A stretch of DNA of 64,000 nt from Somniosus microcephalus (taxonomy: Eukaryota). The position numbers and the translations under genes are program-made. Of this stretch, positions 1-12,854 are shown piece by piece. The stretch's first letter is position 1; every line of letters starts with the position of its first letter. The notes below the pieces were generated by a model. It saw only the letters and a program-made list of their open reading frames with translations, was not told where the DNA came from and did no database searches. The stretch covers positions 140,554,001 to 140,618,000 of the forward strand of contig CM126214.1 of NCBI GenBank assembly GCA_052327205.1, given 5' to 3'.

Positions 1-570
1 GAGTGTCTCACCTCCTGACTGCCCAAAGCCTTTGCACCATCTACAAGGCACAAGTAAGGAATGTGATGGAATACTCTCCACTTGCCTGTATGAGTGCAGC
101 TCCAACAACACTCAACACCATCCAGGACAAAGCAGCCCGCTTGATTGCCACCCCATCCACCACCTTAAACATTCACTCCCTCCACCACCGGCGCACCATG
201 GCTGCAGTGTGTACCATCTACAAGATGCACTGCAGCAACTCGCCCAGGCTTCTTCGACAGCGCCTCCCAAACCCACAACCTCTTCCACCTAGAAGGACAA
301 GGGCAGCAGGCGCAAGGGAACACCACCACCTCAAAGTTCCCCTCCAAGTCACACACCATCCTTACTTAGAAATATATCACCGATCCTTCATCGTTGCTGG
401 GTCAAAACCCTGGAACTCCCTCCCTAACAGCACTGTGGGAGTACCTTCACCACACGGACTGCAGCGGTTCAAGAAGACGGCTCACCACCAACTTCTGAAG
501 GGCAATTAGGGATGGGCAATAAATGCTGGCCTTGCTAGCGACGCCTACATCCCGTAAACGAATAAAAAAA
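1..570 (+). mobile_element. 3' end of a CR1-group non-LTR retrotransposon (ORF2 C-terminus, 3' UTR, A-tail)
   Basis: ORF 3-509 carries the motifs IYKAQVRNVMEYS, IQDKAARLI, SLHHRR and WNSLP typical of the post-RT region of CR1-group LINEs. AATAAA and an A-run follow at ~560-570. Confidence 0.8.
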
Positions 571-650
571 AGGAGGCCATTCGGCCCATCGTGCCTGTAT
601 CGACTCTGAAGTAGCTAACCAATTAGTCCCACTCCCCCCGCTCTTTTCCC
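571..650 (-). repeat. CR1 3' UTR fragment
   Basis: AGGAGGCCATTCGGCCCATCG matches the reverse complement of the CR1 3' UTR hairpin motif seen in the other CR1 tails in this window. Confidence 0.6.
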
Positions 651-1369
651 AAATTGATTAAAATGATTTTTCTCTAAATAAGTGAATGTCAATATTTATA
701 ACTACTTTAATAACTAATAACTGAGCTGTACTGAGAATTATAGAACTCTCTTTAATCATGTCTAATGTTAATACTTTTTTTTGCTTCAGGCTATTTTGCT
801 AAATGCACATTTAGCTGTAAATATATTTGTTCCTCTTGAATTTGTTGCTGTGTAGCTGTTACAATGGTCATTATTTCTGCCAGCCATGATTTGTTACTAC
901 TTGTAATCTCATTATGGGTTGATAGCCCACTAGTTCTTCCAGTTCTTTATTGATCCTAATTTGTTATTAATTCTTATTAATTTCGTTGTGTGACAGGGAA
1001 AACAGTAAGTGCAAAATACAGAGTTCATGTTGTCAGGTTTTCCACCGTAAAAAAAATTAGAAGTCCCAACTTTATAAAATATAGATCATATATTTATAAT
1101 GTTGCTAGGGATCTAATTCTTCTCACCTAAATAACCTACCCGCATATGCACGAAGCAAATTATATCAGCTACAAAAATGACTTTTAGATTCCTCCAGGCT
1201 GTAGAGTTGTACTTGATGTGCATAAAAGGAGGCGATGGAGGAAAAGCTTCTGTTGAATAATAAATGGTAAATTAAAAAAAAACTTTTAGCAATGTACTGA
1301 CTCTGCCCACGCCAAAAAAAAAGATTCACTCTTAGCTTGATCATACTAGATTGCCCCGTTTGCCTGCTC

Positions 1370-1620
1370 TTCTGGACATTAAACACCCCAAGGCACTATT
1401 CAAAGAAGAAAAAGGAGTTCTCCTGGTATCCTGGCCAACATTCCTCCCTATCAAAAACAGAATGAGTGGTAATTTATCTCATTTGCTCTTTGTGGGACCT
1501 TGCTATGCACACAGTGTTTACCCAAGTAACAAGTGACTGCATTTCAAATATGTTCATTGGCTGTGAAATGTTTTGGGACATCCTGAGGACCTGTCAAGGT
1601 GCTATATAAATGCAAGTTCA
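1370..1620 (+). repeat. Old Deu-SINE (SacSINE1-like) 3' part
   Basis: Diverged copy of the SINE at 5602-6050 (GGCACTATT..GAAGAA..GGAGTTCTCC..CCTGGCCAA, tail GCTATATAAATGCAAGT). Confidence 0.7.
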
Positions 1621-1711
1621 TTGCATTGCACTTCCCACACCAGTGATGTGTTTAGCTACATTAACTGTATTATTGAATATTTAGAGATCTCCTCTTTCGG
1701 TAAAAGTCCTT

Positions 1712-2556
1712 GGGCAGGATTTTCATTGAGGAGGCGGGTAGGAGGCGGGACTACAGCATTCGGGGTTGTAGTCCCGCCTCCATCGAGTTCTAGCCAACCC
1801 ACGCGATTTAGACTTGATTGACCTTGTTGAGCCCGCCCAGTGGGCTCAGCAGGCCAATTAAGGGCCACCCGGCAACAGGTGATGTCACAGATTGACATTT
1901 CACCTGTCAAGAGCTTTTGACAGATGAAATATTAGCGTTTCACAGCTGTTTGAAGCTGTCAAACACTGACAATTTGTACTCCAGGTTAATTCCTTCCTCT
2001 CAGGATGATTTAGAGATCTCCCCAGAACAGAAAGCGGAAGGCTGCAACTTTTGACAGCTCACAGCCATTCTGCTTTCTGTGCCGGTGAGATGAGGAACTC
2101 CCGAGACCTGAAGGAAGGAAGGCTGTAAAGGTAAGTACATTTAAGTAAAACTTCTTTTAACACTTTACACACACCAAACACACTTACCTCTGCACTCATG
2201 CACCCATCACTCACCTGAACACTGACATCTCGACCCCTCCAAGCCCTTCAGCCCGATGACCTGCCTCGCTAACTTGGCGTGGTTTGGAGCCGTCGGGAAT
2301 CCCACATTTCACCAATGAAAATAGGGATTAGGCTAAAAACTGCCTGTTAACCACCTGTTAACAAGCAGTTAATTGGCACTAATCCCATTCCCGCCTCGGG
2401 GAGGCAGGTCCCAGTGCGGGTCGGGTACCCGCCTCCTTTGAAACTGGCATGGAGGCGGGTTGGGGGGCGGGATGGGTTTGTGCCCCCCCGATTTCAGGAT
2501 TTTAACCCCCCACACGCCTCCAATCCCGCTTCCACGGCCCAATGAAAATCCTGCCC
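1712..2556. mobile_element. Non-autonomous Harbinger-type MITE
   Basis: Perfect 17-bp TIR GGGCAGGATTTTCATTG / CAATGAAAATCCTGCCC, 3-bp TSD CTT (1709-1711, 2557-2559), repeated GGAGGCGGG/CCCGCCTC subterminal motifs, no coding capacity. Confidence 0.85.
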
Positions 2557-2642
2557 CTTATCTCCCTCTACTCCAATGGATTGGAAAGCTATTTCATGCT
2601 TCATGTAACTGGTTTCATTTTAGATTAACTCGGTAAAATATT

Positions 2643-3298
2643 AGCCCTGAAATTGTGGTTGCGACGTAGCTAAGGAGTACGCCGCCGATCTCAGAAAGAA
2701 ATCCGTGCTTACCTGGTGCGAGGCCTCCTTTGAAAACTTGCTTTGTTTCACTATGGAGTTGAGCGCAGCATAGTGGCCCAGGGATCCCAGGGGCACACCA
2801 TGTGCATAGCATATCTGAGGATCATGTGGGGTGGTCCTCCAATCAGGAAAAAGAAATCTCCGATGCCCATTCATGATTTTTGGTTTCACTCATCCCGGTA
2901 AATTAATAAATAAATCAGCCTCTTATTCTTGGTAGAGTTGTGTTGGGATCAGGAGATAGTTAGGTGGATATATATATTTATTTTGAATTTTTTTTTATCA
3001 TGATGGGTGTACATTTCAAGCTGATGCCTATCCCCTCCCCTTACGCTGTGCAAACAGGCTCCTGCGCCTATTTGCACCAGCCGTAAAGTTTTACTGCATA
3101 ATTGCTGGGCAGTTGGTGGGCAATTAACCCAACTCTGCACCAGCAATAAAGATATCACAGTCAGAGCGGATGATCTGTCAATTCGGAACTTGACCAATCA
3201 CAAGTTTGAGATTTAGCACATGCGCTTGCTGTCCATTCCAAAGGCGGTATGACGGCGTACTCTGAGTACACCACCATACCGACCGCAAATTCTTCCCC
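2643..3298. mobile_element. Non-autonomous Harbinger-type MITE (older)
   Basis: Imperfect inverted ends (GAAATTGTGGT..GAGTACGCCG vs CGGCGTACTC..ACCGCAAATTC) and 3-bp TSD ATT (2640-2642, 3299-3301). Confidence 0.65.
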
Positions 3299-4029
3299 AT
3301 TGTATTCTGGATGCTGTGTTTGTAAAAAGTTATATAGACACTGGGTGGCAGTATAGTGCAGCTGGGGCTAATGTCCGCATATTAAATTTTAAGATACAAC
3401 TGAACAGAAGACCAATGGACCAGCAAAGTGAACACTTCAGGAACACACAGCATTAAATCAATTAAATCTAACGTGCATACCCCACTAATTTTTAATATAA
3501 ATTTTGCCAAAGTCTACAGATGAGTATTTTGTTTGACATTTTCATTAGTTGGGTAAAATTAATCTCCTTTTAAGAAGGTCAGCTCTTGTGGTCTCACTGC
3601 AATTCCAGTGCTGGAGACAAGTTGCTTTTCATCCTCCTACTAATTTTGTCAAGGGGCCATACAATTATTTATAATGTTAAAAGCCACGTCCTATCCTGAA
3701 ATGAGAATGGGTGTTCACACACACCCCTTTCACTTCTACCTGGTTTGTTTTAAACATTCTGGTACAACAGTTATTTTATCTTTGCTACGCATACAAAAAA
3801 GTTATTTTTAATGTCATCAAAATCAGCTTTGTTAAAATGAAAGTTCATACAATGTTGTTAATTGACCAGTAATAGATTTAATAGTGGGCATTTATTGCAT
3901 GTTTTATTATGTAATGATTGTTTTGGCATCAACAGTTTGATGCTAAAGTGGTTCTCCATATTCAAACCCTTTAATGTGTTTGTTAAAATGTTTAATTTGT
4001 GACATTGCCTGCGATCTGATGTCAAATTT

Positions 4030-4110
4030 TGACTGATAATGCTCCTGTGAAGCACTTTGGGATGTTTTACTATGTTAAAGGAGCTATACAAATGCAAGTT
4101 GTTGTTATTG
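4030..4110 (+). repeat. L2 / L2-mobilised SINE 3' tail
   Basis: GCTCCTGTGAAGCACTTTGGGATGTTTTACTATGTTAAAGGAGCTATACAAATGCAAGTTGTTG matches the L2 tails at ~13300-13372 and ~14600-14668. Confidence 0.7.
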
Positions 4111-4411
4111 ATTTCCACCAGACTCCACAACAGCGGCACTGACAGAAAGTAATCAAAGGTTTTGAAGGTTAAAGCCAATCATGCGCTTATCATGGGTTTT
4201 AACACAATGCTCAACCATTTGGAAATCATTTTTATGAAAACCTATAATGCAATTATTAATATTGATGACAACTGCTGGTGAACTGTTATTTCCATTTTAT
4301 TTTACTTCAAACTAATGAAAGCCTAGGAATTCATTTTATGAACAGATTAGTGTTTCAAGTCTGACTTTAGTGTTAACAGCTACCAAGTATAATGATTAAA
4401 AAGAACATATT

Positions 4412-5480
4412 GGTTGGATTTTGTGGTCAGTGGCGAAGGAACGGTGCTCGCCGTTCACTACACTGCCCACAGAGTTTTTGCAGGCTTTTGAGCAGAGACT
4501 TGCTGTAATCGGGCATCTGATGCAGCGCGCCACCCTCTACAGGGGATCTGTGGCGTGCATGAGCAGGTAAAGCAACAGTGTGGCTCTTCAACCAATCAGA
4601 TAGAAGAATCCTCACTGGGATACGCAGGGTCTAAACCAGGAAGTATAAACCAGGAAGCATAAATTAGATTTAAATCATGTACAGAAAGCAAAAGAAAGAG
4701 AGGGAAACAAAGATGGGATTACGAGAGAAATAAAAGAGAGAGGCAGAAAAAGTAAAAAAATTATTACAATTTAAAAAAAATCTTCAACACTAATTAAATT
4801 CTAAAGGAATGAAACACCACACTTGTAAAATTAAATTTTCAGTGCTAGAGAGTTTGTTTGACAGTACTTATGACTTATCACACCATTAAATATTCACTTA
4901 TACCTTAATACATCAGCCCAAACTTTTACTGGCGTGCTTAGCAGATACTAATGGGCAAGAACCGCAGCTTCACACCTTACTTGGATTTTAATACCAAGAT
5001 TATCAGTGAGGTACTGTTAAAATGCTGGAAATAATTAGCAGGTCAGGCAGCATCTCGACCTGAGACGTGAACTCTGTTTCTCTCTCCATGGATGCTGCCT
5101 GACCCCCCCGCTGAGTATTTCCAGCTGCTTCTGTCTTCTCCGAGGCGTTCCTTTACCATCTGAAGCCTTGCAAGTGTCCAGCAGCACTCCCTGCACTCCC
5201 TACACACGTTAAAAACTTATAACATCTATTGCACCAAGCCACTACTTCAATAAAATATTTTTTAAAGTCCAAAATTTTAAATCCAAACTTACCTGAAAGA
5301 TGTGTGTATCCCTTTAGGGTGTGCTGACAGCATCTCGGCAGGGCTGCTTCATGCACGCTTTTCTCAGCGTGCTTAGGACCCAGCAGTAAATACAGTGAAA
5401 AGGTCGAAGTTTGCAGACGTGGTGTCAAGTCAGCGTTGCATGCTGACTGACGCCATGCTCTGCTCATTTACATTTCTGGG
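4412..5480. mobile_element. Probable non-autonomous Harbinger-type element, right end not resolved
   Basis: Begins with a GG(N)TGGATTTT terminus like the other Harbinger-type ends here, followed by a GC/CpG-richer subterminal block. No matching right TIR found. Confidence 0.4.
5019..5137. repeat. Penelope-like pseudo-LTR fragments in inverted arrangement
   Basis: AAATGCTGGAAATA..CAGGTCAGGCAGCATC is followed by its reverse complement GATGCTGCCTGACC..GAGTATTTCCAGC. Same motif as 25852-26077. Confidence 0.6.
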
Positions 5481-5601
5481 GCCAGCGCTGTCTGCCCTCA
5501 CAGGTGGATGTAAAAGATCCCATTGCACTCTTAGAAGAGCTGGGGAGTTCTCACCGGTGTCCTAGGTTAGTTATCACTCAACCCACATCACTAAAATAGA
5601 T

Positions 5602-6050
5602 CAGCTGTGGCTCAGTGGGTAGTACACTTGCCTCTGAGTCAAAAGATTGTGGGTTCAAGTCCCACTCCAGGGACTTGAACACATAAATCTAGGCTGACAC
5701 TCCAGTGCTGTACTGTCGGAGGTGCCGTCTTTCAGATGAGACGTTAAACCAAGGCCCTGTCTGCTCTCTCAGGTGGACGTAAATGATCCCATGGCACTAT
5801 TTTGAAGAAGAGCAGGGGAGTTATCCCCAGTGTCCTGGCCAATATTTATCCTTCAATCAACATAACAAAAACAGATTATCTGGTCATTATCACATTGCTG
5901 TTTGTGGGAGCTTGCTTTGCGCAAACTGCCTGCCGCATTTCCCACATTACAACAGTGACTATACTTCAAAAGTACTTCATTGGCTGTAAAGCACTTTGAG
6001 ACATCCGGTGGTCGTGAAAGATGCTATATAAATGCAAGTCTTTCTTTTTT
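5602..6050 (+). mobile_element. Full-length tRNA-derived Deu-SINE (SacSINE1/AmnSINE1-related)
   Basis: tRNA-like head with A box TGGCTCAGTGG and B box GGTTCAAGTCC, Deu-domain GGTGGACGTAAATGATCCCATGGCACT, L2-type tail GCTATATAAATGCAAGT plus T-rich end. Flanked by partial copies at ~5490-5600 and 6055-6230. Confidence 0.85.
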
Positions 6051-6359
6051 CTTTATTATCTGGTCATTATCACATTGCTGTTTGTGGGAGCTTGCTGTGT
6101 GCAAATTGGCTGCCACGTTTCCTGCATTACAATAGTGACTACACTCCAAAAGTACTTAATTGGTTGTAAAGCACTTCAGGATGTCTTGAGGTCGTGAAAG
6201 GCACTATATAAATGCAAGTTCTTTCTTTCATACTCTTCATTCTCAAAAAATAATTGCATCAGCATTGAGAGGACACTTAAAAAGTAACTTTCCAGTTAAT
6301 TCACAATCATAATTTCAGTTGAGATTTCTTTCAGGCATATTCTTCGGTTATTTTGGCAA

Positions 6360-6490
6360 TAAACTTCGTCAGAGCTGCTCCTGTCCCGTTAACATAACTT
6401 CACTGGAAGTTTACGCATAGAAATGGAGATTCTGCCGCACTTCCGGTGAAGTTATGGCCGCAGAACAGGAGCAAGTCCAAAGCAACTCCG
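6360..6490. repeat. Short palindromic MITE-like element
   Basis: TGCTCCTGT..ATAACTTCACTGGAAGT pairs with ACTTCCGGTGAAGTTAT..ACAGGAGCA. Confidence 0.55.
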
Positions 6491-6612
6491 AGTTTATATC
6501 ATAGGTTTTCAAACTGGGGTCTCCAGATCTGAGGGGAACCATGAGTGAAACCCAGGAAGTCCCTGAGGTCATTAGGTTCTTATCCTCCTATTATCGAAAT
6601 GTCTGTATTGAT

Positions 6613-6993
6613 TATAAAATTCTGTCAGGCCTGGACAGACTAGATGCAGGAAGGATGTTTATGATGGCCGGGGAGTCCAGAACCAGGGGTCATAGTCTAA
6701 GGATAAGGGGTGAGCCATTTAGGACTGAAATGAGGAGGAATTTCTTCACCCAGAGAGTGGTGAACCTGTGGAATTCTCTGCCACAGAGGGCGGTGGAGGC
6801 CAGTTCATTAAATATATTCAAAAAGAGTTGGATATATTTCTTAAGGCTAAAGGGATCAAGGGATATGGGGAGAAGGCAGGGACAGGGTACTGAATTTGGA
6901 TGATCAGCCATGATCTCATTGAGTGGCGGAGCAGGCTCGAAGGGCCGAATGGCCTACTCCTGCTCCTATCTTCTATGTTTCTATGTTTCTATG
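6613..6993 (+). mobile_element. CR1 (HER1-like) LINE 3' fragment
   Basis: Encodes YKIL..RTRGHSLRI..RRNFFTQRVVNLWNSLP; 3' UTR ends in (TTTCTATG)n. Confidence 0.9.
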
Positions 6994-7102
6994 ATTGACA
7001 TACTAGCACATTATTTCCGTGGTTGTAAATTAATAAAAAAGCACTGTTTGCCTTTCGATAGCTGATGCTATCTTTTGGAAGATACGGCGAGAGTTCCCGG
7101 GA

Positions 7103-7899
7103 ATAGAAACATAGAAACATAGAAGATAGGAGCAGGAGTAGGCCATTCGGCCCCTCGAGCCTGCTCCGCCATTCAACAAGATCATGGCTGATCATTCAAA
7201 TTCAGTACCCTGTCCCTGCCTTCTCCCCATATCCCTTGATCCCTTTAGCCTTAAGAAATATATCTAACTGCTTCTTGAATATATTTAATGAATTGGCCTC
7301 AACTGCCTTCTGTGGTAGAGAACTCCACAGGTTCACCACTCTCTGGGTGAAGAAATTCCTCCTCATCTCTGTCCTAAATGGCTTACCCCTTATCCTTAGA
7401 CTGTGACCCCTGGTTCTGGACACCCCGGCCATCGGGAACATCCTTCCTGCATCTAGTCTGTCTAGTCTTGTTAGAATTTTATAAGTTTCAATGAGATCCC
7501 CTCTCATTCTTCTGAACTCCAGCGAGTACAAGCCCAATCGACCCAATCTCTCCTCATACGTCATTCCTGCCATCCCAGGTATCAGTCTGGTGAATCTTTG
7601 CTGCACTACCTCCATGGCAAGAACATCCTTCCTCAGATAAGGCGACCAAAACTGCACACAATACTCAAGGTGTGGTCTCACCAAGGCCCTGTACAACTGC
7701 AGCAAGACATCCTTGTTCCTGTACTCGAACCCTCTCGCTATGAAGGCCAACATACCATTTGCCTTCTTAACCGCCTGCTGCACCTGCATGCTTACCTTCA
7801 GCGACTGGTGCACAAGGACACCCAGGTCTCGTTGCACTTCCCCTTCTCCCAATCTATTGCCGTTCAGATAATAATCTGCCTCCCTGTTTTTGCCACCAA
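7103..7899 (-). mobile_element. CR1 (HER1-like) LINE 3' fragment
   Basis: ORF 7202-7852 has RDLGVLV..LVRPHLEYCVQFWSP..WSSLP; (CATAGAAA)n tail at ~7103-7125. Confidence 0.92.
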
Positions 7900-8659
7900 T
7901 GTGTCAATGCTTGCAGGAGGTGCCCCACACAGAAATGTTTAAAACTGACTGCCATATCATAAGTATAAATCCCCAAAGAGATAACTGAGAAAATGATAAC
8001 AAGCCATACAATTTCATACAGGTTTCACCTTCAAGATTGAGTTTCTCCCAAAAGTGAGCATGTGCATAATTAATATAGGATACAAAATGCCACAGACGAT
8101 GCTGATTACTCTGTGACTGTAAGACAACTGCCCTTCATTAAAATGTCATTAATGAAGCCTGCTTTCTCCAAATTGTTAATTGTCCTGTGAGACTGGGCTT
8201 AAGGAACCTGGCTTAATATGGATGAAATGGTATTGATTGGGGTTTAGAAGAAAAGTTCACATCCTATTGAAATGTGAATCAAATGCTTAATCCCAGGATT
8301 CTGAGCTCTGCTGTGCTGGCTTTTCATGTGAGCTTGTTGCTTAACACCAAAGCTGTGCTGGAGGCTGATTAAAAGTGCGAGCTGCAGAGTATTGCCCAAG
8401 GACATGAAAATGCAGGTATTCTTAAAAAGCAGTTATTGACAGCTATGAAATGCTGAACCACTCGCTGCATTTTAATGTGATTTAGAACAGGATTTTTGAT
8501 GTAAAAAGATGATCTCATTCACTAAACTTAAAATAATTTTGCAAATGAATTCAAGCAGTATTTCTTTGTAAGAGTGTTTTTCACTTTTAATCTGGCGAAC
8601 ACGGTTGCCATTTGCTGAAAATTGCAACAGAAATAATACCAATATGTAGAGATAAAAAC

Positions 8660-8765
8660 AAACAAAATCCTGATTAAGGATCTCAACCTGAAATGTTAAC
8701 CTAGCTTTTTTTTTCTTCAGCTGCTGAGAGGCCTTCAGTGCATTTTTAGCATTTTCTGCTTTTGT
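8660..8765 (+). repeat. Degenerate Penelope pseudo-LTR fragment
   Basis: CTGATTAAGGATCTCAACCTGAAATGTTAAC...AGCATTTTCTGCTTTT resembles the reverse complement of the 25852-26077 motif plus a decayed hammerhead-like core. Confidence 0.45.
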
Positions 8766-9247
8766 GACAATACAATGAGAATAGCACGTTTATCTGTTTT
8801 CAAGATATTTTTCATCACTTTCCTTGCCCTGTGTCATCCATCATTCGTGACCAAGTGTACTGATAGATGACCGGTCCTTGACCTCTGCAAATGGCAATGT
8901 TGTTCCACCACAGACTGCTAGGAGGTGAGCTCTGGGGGACTCTTCCTCCGGATTTCCTTACTCCGTGGCTGACTGTAGACAATTCCAGGCAGAAACCCAC
9001 ATCTTACCATTCTTAGCTAAATAATCGTGTCACCGACATTAGAAATCTGTTTTTGAACAGTGTATTTACTTATTAAAATATACCTTCTCAAAAAAAACAA
9101 CTGTTCTTAATGCTTCATGTGTGCCTTCTTCCCTTGCTTGCGTTTATATTGTTGCATGCTATAGTGATATTCACAGACAAAGAAGGGCAGTATTTTACAT
9201 TTACAAGCATTATGAATTTATATTTTGTTAAATGCTGCACCTGGAGA

Positions 9248-9650
9248 AAACAACAACTTGTATTTATATAGCGCTTTTAACATAGTAAAACATCCAAGAC
9301 GCTTCACAGGAGTATTATCAAACAAAACTTGACACTGAGCCACATAAGGAGATATTAGGGCAGATGACCAAAAGCTTGGCCAAAGAGGTAGGTTTTAAGC
9401 AGCGTCTTAAAGGAGGAAAGGGAGATAGGGAGGCAGAGAGGGTTAGGGAAGGAATTCCAGAGCTTAGTCCTTGGCAGCTGAAGACATGGCCACCAATGGT
9501 GGAGCAATTAAAAATTGGGCATGCTCAAGAGGCCAGAATTGGAGGAGCACAGATATCTCGGAGGGTTCGAGGGCTGGAGTAAATAACAGAGATAGGAAGG
9601 GGCAAGGCCATGGAGGGATTTGAAAACAAGTATGAGAATTTTAAAATAGA
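9248..9650 (-). mobile_element. L2 LINE 3' fragment
   Basis: Reverse complement of the L2 copy at ~14250-14668, including the (CAA)n tail. Confidence 0.85.
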
Positions 9651-11046
9651 GGAGACAACTGATGCTGTAACTTCAACACTTTGCAATGCTCATTGAAATC
9701 CCTGCGCAATGCCAAGACGTGGCACTGCTGGGTCCTGGCCTAATTTGCATCTGTTTGGCTGCCAACTGTTCAGATGCTGAATTTACAGCAGGAGTGTGAC
9801 TGAAGGGCCACAGATTTTCAGCCATCTATTCCTTAACCCTTCAAATGTAGGATAGATTTTAAATGCTTTTTCAGAATTCATAGCCTGCATAGATTTTATG
9901 CAGTTCTAATACTCAAAATGATGAAGTAAAATTGGAGAAACATTTATCAATTCAATATAAATGCAAATGAAGATAAAGAGAGCTCTCCAAAACCTGAGTA
10001 TGATCACTCTCAGATTAAGCTGCTATTAGATTTCCTTTTCAGCTTTCTCTCCTCCTCTCCTGAAAGTGATGGCTCATTCTGAGGTATGATTTCACAGCTA
10101 CTGCCAACTTCTGGTACCCGGAGCTGGTACCCATTCTTCATGCACAATGTTAGACAGAGAGCGATGTTTGATCATGAGAAATCACACAGGGCCACAAGAC
10201 TACGGAACTCCTTACCTCCCTCCATCTCCTCTCCTATAATAGAGATATTTCAAATCTGAACAAAATGCCACTTAACCACTGCAGATTTATTTAATTTCTG
10301 CTACTCTTTTCAACCTTGGGGTTGTGCAGCACTTGAGCCTTGGCTCTTTACTTGGATTTCCCACAAAAGAAAGTGTATGCCTTCAGTTATCTCTGTAGTG
10401 CCTATAATATGTGTATGTATATAAGAGCTATATTAAATCACTCCATTGAGCAGAGGGCAGGCATATTATAGCAACATACAAATGAGGAAGTCCACCACAT
10501 CATGCACTTCCCATAATTTGTGCCTTATCAATGCTGGGTGTCAAGGACATCTATGCGATTCTGTCATCCAGTCTTGCTAAGAGCCTGGGGGTATTTTAAA
10601 TTTAAATGGCCAGTCTCCCTAAAGCAATAGATCACAGAGCAACCAATTGCATTAGGGAATCTGGCGTATTTCAAATCAGGGCACTTTATTAAAAAAAAAA
10701 GTTTTAAATTATAATGTTGGTCTGGTCCACAGGCCCACTCATGTTATGGTAAAACACTGCAGCAATTACCACTGGATTTTCAATCCTTAGTTAGCAGAGG
10801 CCACTGCCAGGTGGGTGATCTGCAATAGGAACCTGAACCCAAGGTCCAGGCAGAATCAAGTCATGTCAGGCGGTGTGTGCTTTGCATGACTCACACTCGA
10901 GCAGAGGGGGGAGAGGAATATCAAGCCCATAATATTTGCTCCAAGCTGTGGATTGAAAGCAAAACAGAATATGCTGCCATCAATTTAGTTTGTATACGAA
11001 TACAGAAGGTGATCCTTTTATATATTCTTTCACTATTTCAAGGTAA

Positions 11047-11805
11047 CCTTTCACCATTACTCTCTGCTTTCTGTCCCTTAGCCAATTTCTTATCCACACA
11101 GCCACTGCCCCTTTAATCCCATGGGCTTCAATTTTTCTAATAAGTCTATTATGTGGTACTTTATCAAACGCCTTTTGAAAGTCCATATACACAACATCAA
11201 CCGCAGTACCCTTATCAACACTCTCCGTTACTTTATCAAAGAACTCAATCAAGTTAGTTAAACACGATTTGCCTTTAGTACCTCTGCCCCCACAAGTAGA
11301 TCTCCTTTTTGGTCCCAAATCGGCCCCACCCTTTCTTGGACTACCGTTTTACTATTTATATATTTATAAAAGACTTTTGGCTTCCCTTTTATGTTACCCA
11401 CTAATCTATTCTCATACATTCCCTTTGCTCCTCTTATTCCCTTTTTCAGTTCTACTCTGTACTTTCTGCATTCTCCTTGGTTCTCTACTGTATTATGAAC
11501 CTAACATTTATCATAAGCCTCCTTTTTCTGTTTCATTTTAATCTCTATATCTTAAGTTATCCAGGGAGCTCTAGTTTTGGATGCCCTTCCTTTCCCCCTC
11601 GTGGGAATGTGTCCAGTCTGTGCCCAAACTATCTTATTGAAGGCCTCCTATTGCTCAGTTACTGTTTTACTTGCCAATCTTTGATCCCAATCCACCTGGG
11701 CCAGATCCCTTTTCAATTCACTGAAATTAGCTCTCCTCCAGTTGAGTATTTTCACATTTGAATGTTTCTTTGTCCTTTTCCATAACTATTCTAAACCTAA
11801 TGATA
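11047..11805 (-). mobile_element. CR1 ORF2 internal fragments (RT and endonuclease-adjacent parts joined by a deletion)
   Basis: ORF 10980-11318 contains KGKSCLTNLIEFF..VDVVYMDFQKAFDKVPH..WIRNWLRDRKQRV. Confidence 0.85.
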
Positions 11806-12854
11806 TTTTAGCTATTATAGACTTCTTACAATTAGTGTGTGTTTTCAAAGGATGTTGTCCGAATTTAAATGTTATAGCTACTTTTAAGCACTGTAAAGTC
11901 TGTTTGAATACGTGTTGAGGTTATGTCTCAATAATCTTTAGGAGGATTTCTAGATAGAGAATGGCTAATGCTTTTTCTGTCTTTCAATTCTTTATCCAAA
12001 TGTCATCCATTATCCTCCTGTGTAATGCATTTTGAAGAATCGATACGTGCTAAACCTTTATCTGTGAATGACTTGGAGATTATTTGTATACTCCCAAATG
12101 GCATAGAAGCATTGAACAAATTATTTTCTGCAGAATCACAAATTATTTCAAAACTAGAGATATTTTGTAGTTTTGAAGAAATCTATTTCTTGCATGAATT
12201 ATTAACCACTGAGCAGATAATTTTAGAAGAAAGGTATTGAATTCCATTTATCAAGTAATTTTTCTCAGTTTTGAAAAGTTAATGCCCTATTGCAACATAT
12301 TTATATTGAAGCTGGTGATGAGCAATGTGACAAGAACAAAGAAAACTCCACAACAAATTGATTTATCACCGGCTTTTAATTAAAAGCAAAATGGTGACAT
12401 TTTGCTCATGAGCTAAAGCAAGGCCTTCCAGGAATTAGGGATTTCCCACCTTTTTACCAATCAGGAGTACCAGAGGTATGTGCATTATAAAACAGAATTA
12501 GCTGACTTTTGCAGGCTTGAGCAGGTGCATGGTTAGCACCTTAATAAGCGACTTAGCGTTATTATCACAATCATTTTGTTTGGCTCTTCAGTTATTATGC
12601 GAAACGTAAAGAAAATACAGGGATGTGCTCCATTGCATTCCTGCCTCCCTGTAGTTTTACATTGGCTAGTCCCACTGGGGAGAACTGCAGCTGCCCATAT
12701 GTAGGCGAGCATATTGTAAGTATATGCAAATGAGGGAAGCACAACCTCCACTTTGTTTCCAGCCATTTGCACTCTTGGAATGCTGCAGGTGGGGGCTTCC
12801 TATTAGAACAATTAATTAAAAAAAATTAAATAGCTTGTAAACTGCAAGAAAACT

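Noticed and set aside
5602-5670. tRNA gene
   Set aside because: The A/B boxes are the head of a Deu-SINE. The same applies to 37290-37354 (HE1 SINE).
8790-9060. Possible host exon (GTGAGC and minus-strand GTAAG donors)
   Set aside because: The candidate frames I checked contain stops and gave no recognisable peptide.
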